Shown piece by piece: positions 19,965-27,423 of a DNA stretch of 64,000 bases. How positions within the stretch are numbered: position 1 is the first letter of the stretch; each line of letters opens with the position of its first letter. Made by a program: the position numbers and the translations under genes. Under the pieces are notes generated by a model. It had not been told where the DNA came from and searched no databases. It saw only the letters and a program-made list of their open reading frames with translations. Source of the DNA: an uncultured Candidatus Saccharibacteria bacterium. GTDB taxonomy: Bacteria > Patescibacteriota > Minisyncoccia > Phycocordibacterales > EsbW-18. The stretch is from the NCBI GenBank assembly GCA_964520295.1, contig CAZFMQ010000001.1, positions 84,604-148,603 of the forward strand, read 5' to 3'.

Positions 19965-19967
19965 CTG

Positions 19968-20042
19968 CGGAACCGACGGGACTTGAACCCGCAACCTCTT
20001 CCGTGACAGGGAAGCGCTCTAACCAAATTGAGCTACGGCTCC
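19968..20042 (-). tRNA. tRNA-Asp (anticodon GUC)
   Basis: Reverse-complement fold. Acceptor GGAGCCG/CGGTTCC (one G-U), D-arm GCTC-AATTTGGTTA-GAGC, anticodon stem CTTCC/GGAAG with loop CTGTCAC, T-arm GCGGG-TTCAAGT-CCCGT, discriminator G. Confidence 0.85.
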
Positions 20043-20140
20043 AGATACCGTGGCATATAGTACCCAAAAATGAACTAAAAATCAATCGTGCCTATGCACG
20101 CGCGCCTGCGGCCTTCGATTCATATACAGTGTGGTGGTTG

Positions 20141-20214
20141 TGCCGGGGGGCAGAATCGAACTGCCGACCTAGGGCTTATGAGTCCCTCGCTCTAACCGAC
20201 TGAGCTACCCCGGC
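20141..20214 (-). tRNA. tRNA-Met or tRNA-Ile2 (anticodon CAU), elongator type (C11:G24)
   Basis: Reverse-complement fold. Acceptor GCCGGGG/CCCCGGC, D-arm GCTC-AGTCGGTTA-GAGC, anticodon loop CTCATAA, T-arm GGCAG-TTCGATT-CTGCC, discriminator A. Confidence 0.8.
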
Positions 20215-20340
20215 AAGTGAGGAAGAAAGAAGGTGCTTGCACATTCTTTACTTCCGAACGCCGCCGAGGCAAGAGGGCGTAGCCCGATTACCCCGGCAAG
20301 TGAGGAAGAAGGGATATGTTCACACATTCTTTACTTCCGA
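20206..20340. repeat. Direct repeat of the tRNA 5' end plus leader: TACCCCGGCAAGTGAGGAAGAA...CACATTCTTTACTTCCGA at 20206-20258 and 20289-20340
   Basis: Read directly. The second copy includes a degenerate extension of the tRNA 5' end (GGGCGTAGCCCGATTACCCCGGCAAG). Confidence 0.6.
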
Positions 20341-20472
20341 CCTGCACGTAGCGCTATTTTACAACAAAAAATGACTTTATGCACTTCTGTGGGCGGGCGG
20401 TATTGTACCGTGGTGAGCATATCGTATACTAGAGGTACGGTGTAACCGTTTTTATCATTTACCTAGGTTTTT

Positions 20473-21102
20473 ATGATTTCAATTAAAGAGATGTTGCATT
20501 CAGCATGGACAGTGTTCAAAAAGCATGCACTAGTCTTGATTGGTGCGACATTAGTTATTGGTGTGGTGTCTGCAATTAGTGGCAGAACAGATTCGCTCAT
20601 TCAACTCATCCTCGTGCTCGTCATGTGGTGGTTGCAGATTGGTTTGTGGCGCATGATATTGGGTGCACACAACGGTGCCCCTGTAAGAATCAATGATTTG
20701 ATTACAGGAAAGCCGATGACACTCTTGCACTTTGCTATCGCCTCAATTCTTTCAGGTCTCATTGTGGGTGTTGGTCTTATTCTGCTTATTGTACCTGGTG
20801 TGATTGCAATGACCGGTTTGGTATTTGCACAGCTTTTCGTTGTAGATAAGGGTATGAAAGGTATTGCCGCTATGAAGGCAAGTTGGGCTTTGACGAAAGG
20901 ACACCGCTGGGAACTTTTCCTCGCGTTGCTCGTATTGTTGTTGGTGAACGTATTTGTTGCGTTTGTCACATTTGGATTTGGTCTGCTTGTGACTATGCCA
21001 ATTTCAATGCTTGCGATCGCATACTTGTACCGAAAGCTTGATCGTGGCATTCAGCCAGCGGCACCTGCTTCTCCAGCAGAGGCTGTTCCCCACATTGCGT
21101 AA
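20473..21102 (+). CDS. Hypothetical integral membrane protein (about 5 TM helices)
   Basis: 209 aa hydrophobic ORF, followed by a strong terminator. Confidence 0.55.
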   Translation: MISIKEMLHSAWTVFKKHALVLIGATLVIGVVSAISGRTDSLIQLILVLVMWWLQIGLWRMILGAHNGAPVRINDLITGKPMTLLHFAIASILSGLIVGVGLILLIVPGVIAMTGLVFAQLFVVDKGMKGIAAMKASWALTKGHRWELFLALLVLLLVNVFVAFVTFGFGLLVTMPISMLAIAYLYRKLDRGIQPAAPASPAEAVPHIA

Positions 21103-21124
21103 ATAACGTATTGGTAGGGTGTAT

Positions 21125-21165
21125 AAGCACCCGAATCCCGCTGTGCGGGATTCGGGTGCTTTTCT
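21125..21165 (+). terminator. Rho-independent terminator: 17-bp perfect stem AAGCACCCGAATCCCGC/GCGGGATTCGGGTGCTT, loop TGTG, then TTTTCTG
   Basis: Read directly. Confidence 0.8.
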
Positions 21166-21191
21166 GACTACAGAATTGCTATACTGCTTGC

Positions 21192-21728
21192 ATGGATACC
21201 AAACGACTGGCAGTGTTTGCGAACGGTTGTTTCTGGTGCTCTGAAGCTGTATTTTCGCGCTTAAAAGGTGTACATGCTGTTGTACCCGTGTACACAGGCG
21301 GTACGGTGGAGAACCCAACATACGAACAGGTGAGCACAGGCACGACTGGGCACGCCGAGGCACTACAGATTACGTATGATCCGTCAGTACTCTCCTACGA
21401 TGATTTGCTTGCAGTATTTTTTAATACACACGATCCTACAACACTCAATCGTCAAGGTGCAGATATTGGTACGCAATATCGTTCTGCTATTTTCTACAGT
21501 ACAAACGAAGAGAAACAGAAAGCAGAGCACCTCATTGCAGAATTGAATGCGACACACGCGTACCCCGGATCGGTAGTAACGGACGTGGTGCCGTTAGGAG
21601 CTCTGTATCCCGCAGAGGAGTATCATCGCCAGTATTATGAACACAATCCTGACGCGCCGTATTGCGTTTTGGTGATTGCGCCAAAATTGGAAAAAATACA
21701 AAAACGTTTTGCTGCATTACTCAAATAA
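21192..21728 (+). CDS. msrA: Peptide methionine sulfoxide reductase MsrA
   Basis: Active-site GCFWC near the N-terminus. Conserved MsrA core (YTGG....PTYEQVSTGTTGHAEALQITYDP). Confidence 0.93.
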   Translation: MDTKRLAVFANGCFWCSEAVFSRLKGVHAVVPVYTGGTVENPTYEQVSTGTTGHAEALQITYDPSVLSYDDLLAVFFNTHDPTTLNRQGADIGTQYRSAIFYSTNEEKQKAEHLIAELNATHAYPGSVVTDVVPLGALYPAEEYHRQYYEHNPDAPYCVLVIAPKLEKIQKRFAALLK

Positions 21729-21738
21729 TCACACAACC

Positions 21739-22143
21739 ATGCACGAAGACGAGTTTAAAGAAAAATTAACACCAGAGGAGTACAGTATATTGCGTGAAAA
21801 GGGTACAGAGACGCCGTTTTCAGGCACACTACTTCATGAAAAGCGTGACGGAACGTATGCATGCAAAGCATGCGGTGCTACGTTGTTTTCTTCAGATGCA
21901 AAATTTGACTCTGGGACTGGATGGCCTTCATTTGATCAGGCACTGCCAGGAGCAGTGCGCGAAGTACCCGATGATAGTTATGAGATGCACCGCACCGAAG
22001 TAGTGTGTGCACAGTGTGGCTCGCACCTCGGGCATGTATTTGATGATGGGCCAACAGACACAGGCAAACGCTACTGTCTCAATTCTGTGTGTCTTGATTT
22101 ACAGACGACGAATCCTACAGATAACACCGCATCCCTTTCGTGA
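21739..22143 (+). CDS. msrB: Peptide methionine sulfoxide reductase MsrB
   Basis: Two CxxC pairs (CKACGATLF, CAQCGSHLGHVFDDGP), which is the SelR/MsrB signature. Start at ATG 21739, overlapping the msrA 3' end. Terminates with TGA. Confidence 0.92.
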   Translation: MHEDEFKEKLTPEEYSILREKGTETPFSGTLLHEKRDGTYACKACGATLFSSDAKFDSGTGWPSFDQALPGAVREVPDDSYEMHRTEVVCAQCGSHLGHVFDDGPTDTGKRYCLNSVCLDLQTTNPTDNTASLS

Positions 22144-22215
22144 GCCACCTCCGAGGATCGAACTCGGGACCCCGGCTTTACGAAAGCCGTGCTCTACCAA
22201 CTGAGCTAAGGTGGC
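22143..22215 (-). tRNA. tRNA-Thr (anticodon CGU)
   Basis: Reverse-complement fold. Acceptor GCCACCT/AGGTGGC, D-arm GCTC-AGTTGGTA-GAGC, anticodon stem CGGCT/AGCCG with loop TTCGTAA, T-arm CCGAG-TTCGATC-CTCGG. Confidence 0.85.
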
Positions 22216-22243
22216 ATCTTTCTCCACTTATTCTAACAACGTA

Positions 22244-22293
22244 CTACCAACTGAGTTTACCCGAATGAACTTTCAGGCGGGCTAAGGTGGCAT
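22244..22293 (-). pseudogene. tRNA-Thr 5'-fragment or pseudo-tRNA. CTACCAACTGAG ... CTAAGGTGGCAT duplicates the 5' half of the adjacent tRNA-Thr with a 26-nt insertion.
   Basis: Direct comparison with 22191-22215. Confidence 0.5.
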
Positions 22294-22331
22294 GGGCTCG
22301 TTTGCCGCATCATACGGACCGGTGAGAAACC

Positions 22332-22407
22332 TGGAGCCGATGGCCGGGATTGAACCGGCGACCTCGTCCTTACCATGGACGCGCTCTACCAACTGAGCTA
22401 CATCGGC
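22332..22407 (-). tRNA. tRNA-Thr (anticodon GGU), CCA encoded
   Basis: Reverse-complement fold. Acceptor GCCGATG/CATCGGC, anticodon stem CGTCC/GGACG with loop ATGGTAA, T-arm GCCGG-TTCAATC-CCGGC, 3' TCCA. Confidence 0.85.
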
Positions 22408-22500
22408 TTGTACCACTGAGGAGCATGTTGGACACTGCCTCAAACGCAGAAATAATACCTAAAAATAGCCTAAAATGGAAGCCAAAAGAGTGTACTGGCT

Positions 22501-23415
22501 TTGCTATACTATAGTGCTGTGGAAAAAGCCGATATTGAAAAAAAGATTACCGCACTTGAGGCGGTCATGGGGCAGGCGAATTTTTGGAATGACAAAGAGA
22601 GTGCTCAACAGGTGATTCGCGAGTATCAAGAATTGAAGTTGCAGGCAGAGGGCAAAGAGAAGCATGATCTCGGTCATGCGCTTGTCACTATTTTTTCTGG
22701 TGCGGGCGGTGTAGATGCAGAAGATTTCGCGCGTATGCTCACGCAGATGTATTTCGCGTATCTCGCGAAGAAGGGGTGGGTGTATGAGATACGCCACCAA
22801 AACGAAAACGATCACGGCGGTGTGCGTAACATTACCTTTGAAGTGCAGGGCAAGGGTGCGTACGGTGCACTCAAACATGAAAATGGTGTGCACCGTCTCG
22901 TGCGTATTTCGCCGTTCAATGCGGCGCAACAGCGTCACACTTCATTTGCAATGGTTGAGGTGTTGCCGAAATTAGATGAGCACGGCGATGTTGAAATTCC
23001 CGACACTGATTTGGATATTCAGTTTACACGTGCAGGTGGTCCGGGTGGCCAGAATGTGAATAAACGCGAAACAGCCGTGCGTATTGTGCATATACCAACT
23101 GGTATTGCAGTACACGCCGCCACAGAGCGAAGTCAAGCGCAAAATCGTTCCTACGCACTGGAGATTTTGCGCGGAAAGTTGTATCATAGACAACAGGAAG
23201 AGAAGTTACGTGCCGCGCGTGGTCTCTCTATCTCAGCAACGACAGACGCGGAGTGGGGAAATCAGATTCGCTCGTACGTTTTGCATCCGTATAAACTCGT
23301 GAAAGATCACCGCACCAATCTTGAAGTACGTGACACAGGCGCCGTGCTTGAAGATGGCGACATTGAGCAATTCATTGATGCGCATGCGCGTCTAGAAACA
23401 GACACTGCACACTAA
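22501..23415 (+). CDS. prfB: Peptide chain release factor 2, with a non-ATG (TTG 22501 or GTG 22519) start and no canonical CUU-UGA-C frameshift site
   Basis: SPF tripeptide (RISPFNA) and GGQ ([12 protein letters not shown]) motifs. The prfB-ftsE-ftsX order. Confidence 0.85.
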   Translation: MLYYSAVEKADIEKKITALEAVMGQANFWNDKESAQQVIREYQELKLQAEGKEKHDLGHALVTIFSGAGGVDAEDFARMLTQMYFAYLAKKGWVYEIRHQNENDHGGVRNITFEVQGKGAYGALKHENGVHRLVRISPFNAAQQRHTSFAMVEVLPKLDEHGDVEIPDTDLDIQFTRAGGPGGQNVNKRETAVRIVHIPTGIAVHAATERSQAQNRSYALEILRGKLYHRQQEEKLRAARGLSISATTDAEWGNQIRSYVLHPYKLVKDHRTNLEVRDTGAVLEDGDIEQFIDAHARLETDTAH

Positions 23416-23427
23416 CCATAGAATCCT

Positions 23428-24108
23428 ATGATTACATTTGATAAGGTCAGCAAGATATATTCAGACGATTCACGGGCACTTGAAGAAGTAACTTTTGCTA
23501 TTGATCCAGGGGAATTCGTATCCATCGTTGGACATTCCGGAGCGGGCAAAACCACATTGCTCAAATTGCTCCTACTTGAAGAATATCCAACGGAAGGTTC
23601 TGTGCTGTTGGGAGAAACAGATATTCATGAACTTGATAAACGTGAAGTGAGCGATTTGCGTCGTCGCATTGGCATGATTTTCCAGGACTTCCGCCTCTTG
23701 CCGCACAAGACCGCATTTGAAAACATCGCATTTGCCATGGAGGCAGCAGGTCGTGAAGATCAAGATATTGAGAGTGATGTACCCTACGCGCTTGAGCTCG
23801 TGGGGTTATTGGATAAGGCGTGGAAGTTTCCAAACCAGATGTCAGGAGGTGAAAAACAGCGTCTTGCAATTGCGCGTGCAATCGTCAATCAGCCTGACGT
23901 ACTCGTTGCCGATGAACCAACAGGCAACCTTGACCCACTCAACACGTATGAAGTAGTGCAGATTTTGAAAAAAATTAACGACCTCGGCACAACGGTGTTG
24001 CTTACCACACACAACAAAGGTGTGATTGATGGTCTTGGTAAGCGCGTGATTACTATGGATCGCGGTCGCATTACGAGAGACGATAAAGAAGGGCGCTACG
24101 TTTTATAA
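23428..24108 (+). CDS. ftsE: Cell division ATP-binding protein FtsE
   Basis: Walker A GHSGAGKTT, ABC signature MSGGEKQR, Walker B VLVADEPT. Adjacent to ftsX. Confidence 0.92.
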   Translation: MITFDKVSKIYSDDSRALEEVTFAIDPGEFVSIVGHSGAGKTTLLKLLLLEEYPTEGSVLLGETDIHELDKREVSDLRRRIGMIFQDFRLLPHKTAFENIAFAMEAAGREDQDIESDVPYALELVGLLDKAWKFPNQMSGGEKQRLAIARAIVNQPDVLVADEPTGNLDPLNTYEVVQILKKINDLGTTVLLTTHNKGVIDGLGKRVITMDRGRITRDDKEGRYVL

Positions 24109-24153
24109 AATAGATAACGAAGCGACCACACACGTTCGCTCATAACATCAGCT

Positions 24154-25080
24154 ATGCTTTGGACAAAAATAAAACGAGTATCAAAAGCAGGTTTCGTGAA
24201 TTTCTGGCGCAATGGTTTCGTGTCATTTTCTTCGGTCTTGATTATGGTAGTAACGCTGTTTACCATTGGCTCCGTTGTATTCCTCGGCGCGGTACTTGAA
24301 TCGTCACTTCTACAACTGCAAAACAAAGTGGACATTAACGTTTACTTCATGACCGATGCACCCGAAAGCGATATTCTCTCACTCAAATCATCACTTGAGG
24401 CACTGCCAGAAGTGGCACAGGTGGAATATGTAACGCGCGAAGATGCACTCGCGTTGTTCCGCGAACGTCACGCGGGCGACCAAATCATTATCGGTGCGCT
24501 TGCAGAGTTGGAAGATAACCCACTCGGTGCAGTGTTCAACATTCGTGCAAAAGAAACATCACAGTACGGCGCGGTGGCAGAATATCTTAGTGGTGATGCA
24601 GCGCTCGGGGCGGGGAATATACCGATAATCTACAAGGTGAACTACAACGACAACAAAATGGTGATTGAAAAGTTGTCTGACATTATTGATTCAACAGAGC
24701 GTCTCGGCTTCGCACTTCTGCTCGTGCTTGTTGCACTCTCCGTTATTATTACGCTCAACACCATTCGTCTTGCAATTTACACCGCACGCGAAGAGATTTC
24801 GGTGATGCGCCTCGTAGGTGCAAGTAATCGCTACGTGCGCCTGCCATTTATTGTAGAAGGTATTTTGTGCGGATTGTTTGCAGGCGTGATTGTACTCGTG
24901 TTGTTTTATCCGCTTACGTTGTGGCTCGGCCCTATGACAGAGCGTTTCTTCGGTTCCATCAACCTCTTTGATTACTACCTTGAACACTTCGGTCAAATGT
25001 TCCTTATCGTTATTATGTCCGGTGTAGTGCTCGGTGCACTTTCAAGTGTACTTGCGGTGCGACGCTATCTAAAAGGCTAA
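24154..25080 (+). CDS. ftsX: Cell division permease FtsX
   Basis: Four TM helices and a large periplasmic loop, typical of FtsX. Follows ftsE. Confidence 0.88.
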   Translation: MLWTKIKRVSKAGFVNFWRNGFVSFSSVLIMVVTLFTIGSVVFLGAVLESSLLQLQNKVDINVYFMTDAPESDILSLKSSLEALPEVAQVEYVTREDALALFRERHAGDQIIIGALAELEDNPLGAVFNIRAKETSQYGAVAEYLSGDAALGAGNIPIIYKVNYNDNKMVIEKLSDIIDSTERLGFALLLVLVALSVIITLNTIRLAIYTAREEISVMRLVGASNRYVRLPFIVEGILCGLFAGVIVLVLFYPLTLWLGPMTERFFGSINLFDYYLEHFGQMFLIVIMSGVVLGALSSVLAVRRYLKG

Positions 25081-25081
25081 T

Positions 25082-25309
25082 ATGTGGTTCAGAAAAAAAC
25101 CGCGTAATCTTCTCAAGTATTTCACAAAAGATTTATCTACCGTGCTCGGATTGGTATTAATATGGCGCGGTATCTGGTATGTGCTAGACGGTATCGATCT
25201 GTATTTCTTTGACGGACATCACGGCTGGCTCGCACTAATTACTATTGTACTCGGTGTATTTATTTTGTACGCACCTGACGGCGATCTCAAAGAAATTGAG
25301 AAGCTATAA
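25082..25309 (+). CDS. Small hypothetical membrane protein (2 TM helices)
   Basis: 75 aa ORF starting 2 nt after the ftsX stop. Confidence 0.4.
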   Translation: MWFRKKPRNLLKYFTKDLSTVLGLVLIWRGIWYVLDGIDLYFFDGHHGWLALITIVLGVFILYAPDGDLKEIEKL

Positions 25310-25310
25310 G

Positions 25311-25724
25311 TTATGCAATAAGATCGGAAAGATCTGGGGGAGCATAGTTTGGCCCTTTGAGCACTTTGCCGTCCTCACGAAAGAGTGGCTTACCTTGGTC
25401 GTCTAATTTACTCATATTTGACTTGTAGACGCGCTCAAACGCTTCAGCAAGGCGCTGGAGGGGTTTAAGCGCTACAGAAGCCCCAGAGGTGACCACCTGC
25501 ACATCGGCAAGCTCTTTGAGCATATTCACCAACAGGGTAGGTGGGATTTCTTCACCCCGCTTCAGGTGTTCAATGGCACTGTCCATATCAGCAAAAAGTT
25601 CTTTGACCTCTTCTTCAATGAGTGTGCGACGCAACTGCAATAGTTCCACAGTCGGCTCTGCGTTGATGTCCTGCCCAAATGCTTCATGAAATGCGCGAAT
25701 ACAATCCTCTCGATGCGTGTGCAT
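25311..25724 (-). CDS. MazG/HisE-like all-alpha nucleotide pyrophosphohydrolase domain protein
   Basis: 137 aa helical. EE..E...A / ELADV-type acidic motifs. Family-level resemblance only. Confidence 0.55.
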   Translation of the reverse strand: MHTHREDCIRAFHEAFGQDINAEPTVELLQLRRTLIEEEVKELFADMDSAIEHLKRGEEIPPTLLVNMLKELADVQVVTSGASVALKPLQRLAEAFERVYKSNMSKLDDQGKPLFREDGKVLKGPNYAPPDLSDLIA

Positions 25725-25733
25725 AGATATATT

Positions 25734-25994
25734 CTAACTTAATAGAGCAGGATTGGCATTACGAATTAAAGTAAGTTTCTTTTCTCTCCGCCAGCCCTTC
25801 AATTGTGCCTCTCGTTTCAATGCAGAACTTCTGTTTGGGTGCTCTTCACTATACAGTAACCTGCGGACTCCACTAGATCTAGTGTAGTGTCCACCCTTTC
25901 CATTTTTATGTTCGCTAAATCTACGACTCACGTCTGTGGTGATGCCTGTATATAGTGCTCCATTTTTACACTCTAAAATATATACAAAATACAT
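25734..25994 (-). CDS. GIY-YIG nuclease family protein (UPF0213/YhbQ-like)
   Basis: MYFVYILECKNGALYTGITTDVSRRFSEH...KGW is the canonical GIY-YIG motif. Start at the internal ATG. Confidence 0.88.
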   Translation of the reverse strand: MYFVYILECKNGALYTGITTDVSRRFSEHKNGKGGHYTRSSGVRRLLYSEEHPNRSSALKREAQLKGWRREKKLTLIRNANPALLS

Positions 25995-26251
25995 AATGTG
26001 CCCTTCGACAAGCTCAGGGCACTTCGCCTCGCTCAATAGAATACGGCTCGCACTGAGCGAGCGTAGCGAGTCGAAGTGTTGCTGGACTAGGAGTCTCTCC
26101 TTCGACTCGATTATGCACCGTCGTGCATAATCGGTCTAGGCACCGACTCCTAGACTGTCACTGGTGTGACAGTCTCAGTCCGTCGTTCGAGTCCTATCCG
26201 TGCAAAGAACTAGTAATCCTCCAATGCTCCGCATCGGAGCATAACTATTTC

Positions 26252-26325
26252 TGGTTGCCGGACTAGGACTCGAACCTAGATTCTATGCTCCAGAGGCATA
26301 TGTCCTACCATTAGACGATCCGGCA
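26252..26325 (-). tRNA. tRNA-Gln (anticodon CUG), CCA encoded
   Basis: Reverse-complement fold. Acceptor TGCCGGA/TCCGGCA (U1:A72), anticodon stem TATGC/GCATA with loop CTCTGGA, T-arm CTAGG-TTCGAGT-CCTAG, discriminator A, then CCA. Confidence 0.85.
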
Positions 26326-26437
26326 GATTTTCTAAACTGCATCTCTACCACGCAATCTGGAAGATAGTGCTGTTCGGAGAGCATTTTACGCCATTTTCGT
26401 ACCTTTTTCAATCACAAAAGGATAGATATTTGCTACA

Positions 26438-27379
26438 ATGTTTTCTATGTTATTACAGGTATTTATTTTCGCATTAGCATTGGTGGCGCTCGTGCACGGT
26501 GCAACGGTGTCTACAAAGTACGCTGAACGCCTTGCAAAATCGTTCCGACTTTCTCCATACACTGTTGGTTTTATTGTCATTGCAATTATTTCTATTTTGC
26601 CGGAGACATTCGTGTCGGTTAGTGCTGTGTTTCAAGGTATCCCATCCTTTGGGTTTGGTACGCTCCTAGGTTCAAACATTGCAGACCTCACGTTGGTGTT
26701 TGCAGTACTGACTCTTTTAATTGGTCGGGGTATCAAGGTAGAGAAAAAAATTCTAAAAGAAGATGCACTCTACCCATTTTTACTCATTATGCCACTCGTG
26801 CTTGGCTTTGACGGTAAATTTTCTCGCATTGAAGGTTTGGCGCTGATAGCTGCGGGCGTCGCATTTTATTACCTGTCTTTAAAAAGTGGTACACGACATG
26901 CAGAAGAGCAGAAACCAGATACGACAGAGCGTTTGAAGAATGCGGGCATGCTACTCGTCGGCATGACGCTCCTTACCGTCGGTGCGCACTTCATTGTGTC
27001 TTCAGCAACATATTTTGCTGTATTCTTTGAGGTAAAACCAGTACTTATTGGAATGCTTATTGTTGGTCTTGGAACGGTTATTCCTGAATTTTTATTTGCG
27101 TACAAGTCAGTCAAGAGCAACAACGACTCATTGGCGATTGGTGATATTCTCGGTACTGTACTTGCAGATGCCACTGTGGTCATCGGTATTATTGCCGTAT
27201 TACAGCCATTCACGTTTTCAAAAACAATTATTTATGTTGCGGGCGTGTTCATGGTGGCCGGCTGCTTTATGCTGTTCTCGTTCATGCGCTCCGGAAGGAT
27301 GATTACGCGCAGGGAAGGATTCGCACTCTTCTTGTTCTGGCTCACCTTCATTCTTGTGGAATTTATTGTAAACGGATAA
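26438..27379 (+). CDS. Ca2+/cation antiporter (CaCA / sodium-calcium exchanger family, YrbG-like)
   Basis: Two alpha-repeats (GSNIADLT...; ...GDILGTVLADATVVIG). About 10 TM helices. Confidence 0.8.
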   Translation: MFSMLLQVFIFALALVALVHGATVSTKYAERLAKSFRLSPYTVGFIVIAIISILPETFVSVSAVFQGIPSFGFGTLLGSNIADLTLVFAVLTLLIGRGIKVEKKILKEDALYPFLLIMPLVLGFDGKFSRIEGLALIAAGVAFYYLSLKSGTRHAEEQKPDTTERLKNAGMLLVGMTLLTVGAHFIVSSATYFAVFFEVKPVLIGMLIVGLGTVIPEFLFAYKSVKSNNDSLAIGDILGTVLADATVVIGIIAVLQPFTFSKTIIYVAGVFMVAGCFMLFSFMRSGRMITRREGFALFLFWLTFILVEFIVNG

Positions 27380-27423
27380 GGGGGGGGCGCGAAAAACCCC
27401 ACTTTTCTGCTATACTCGGTGCT

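Noticed and set aside
19772-20026. 84-aa minus-strand ORF across the tRNA-Met/tRNA-Asp spacer
   Set aside because: Overlaps a tRNA gene and twin terminator hairpins. Arg/Gly-rich junk.
22441-22500. Upstream ATG-frame (22475) as the N-terminal part of RF2 joined by +1 frameshift
   Set aside because: Its translation ([18 protein letters not shown]...) has no similarity to the RF2 N-terminus, and there is no CUU UGA C slippery site.
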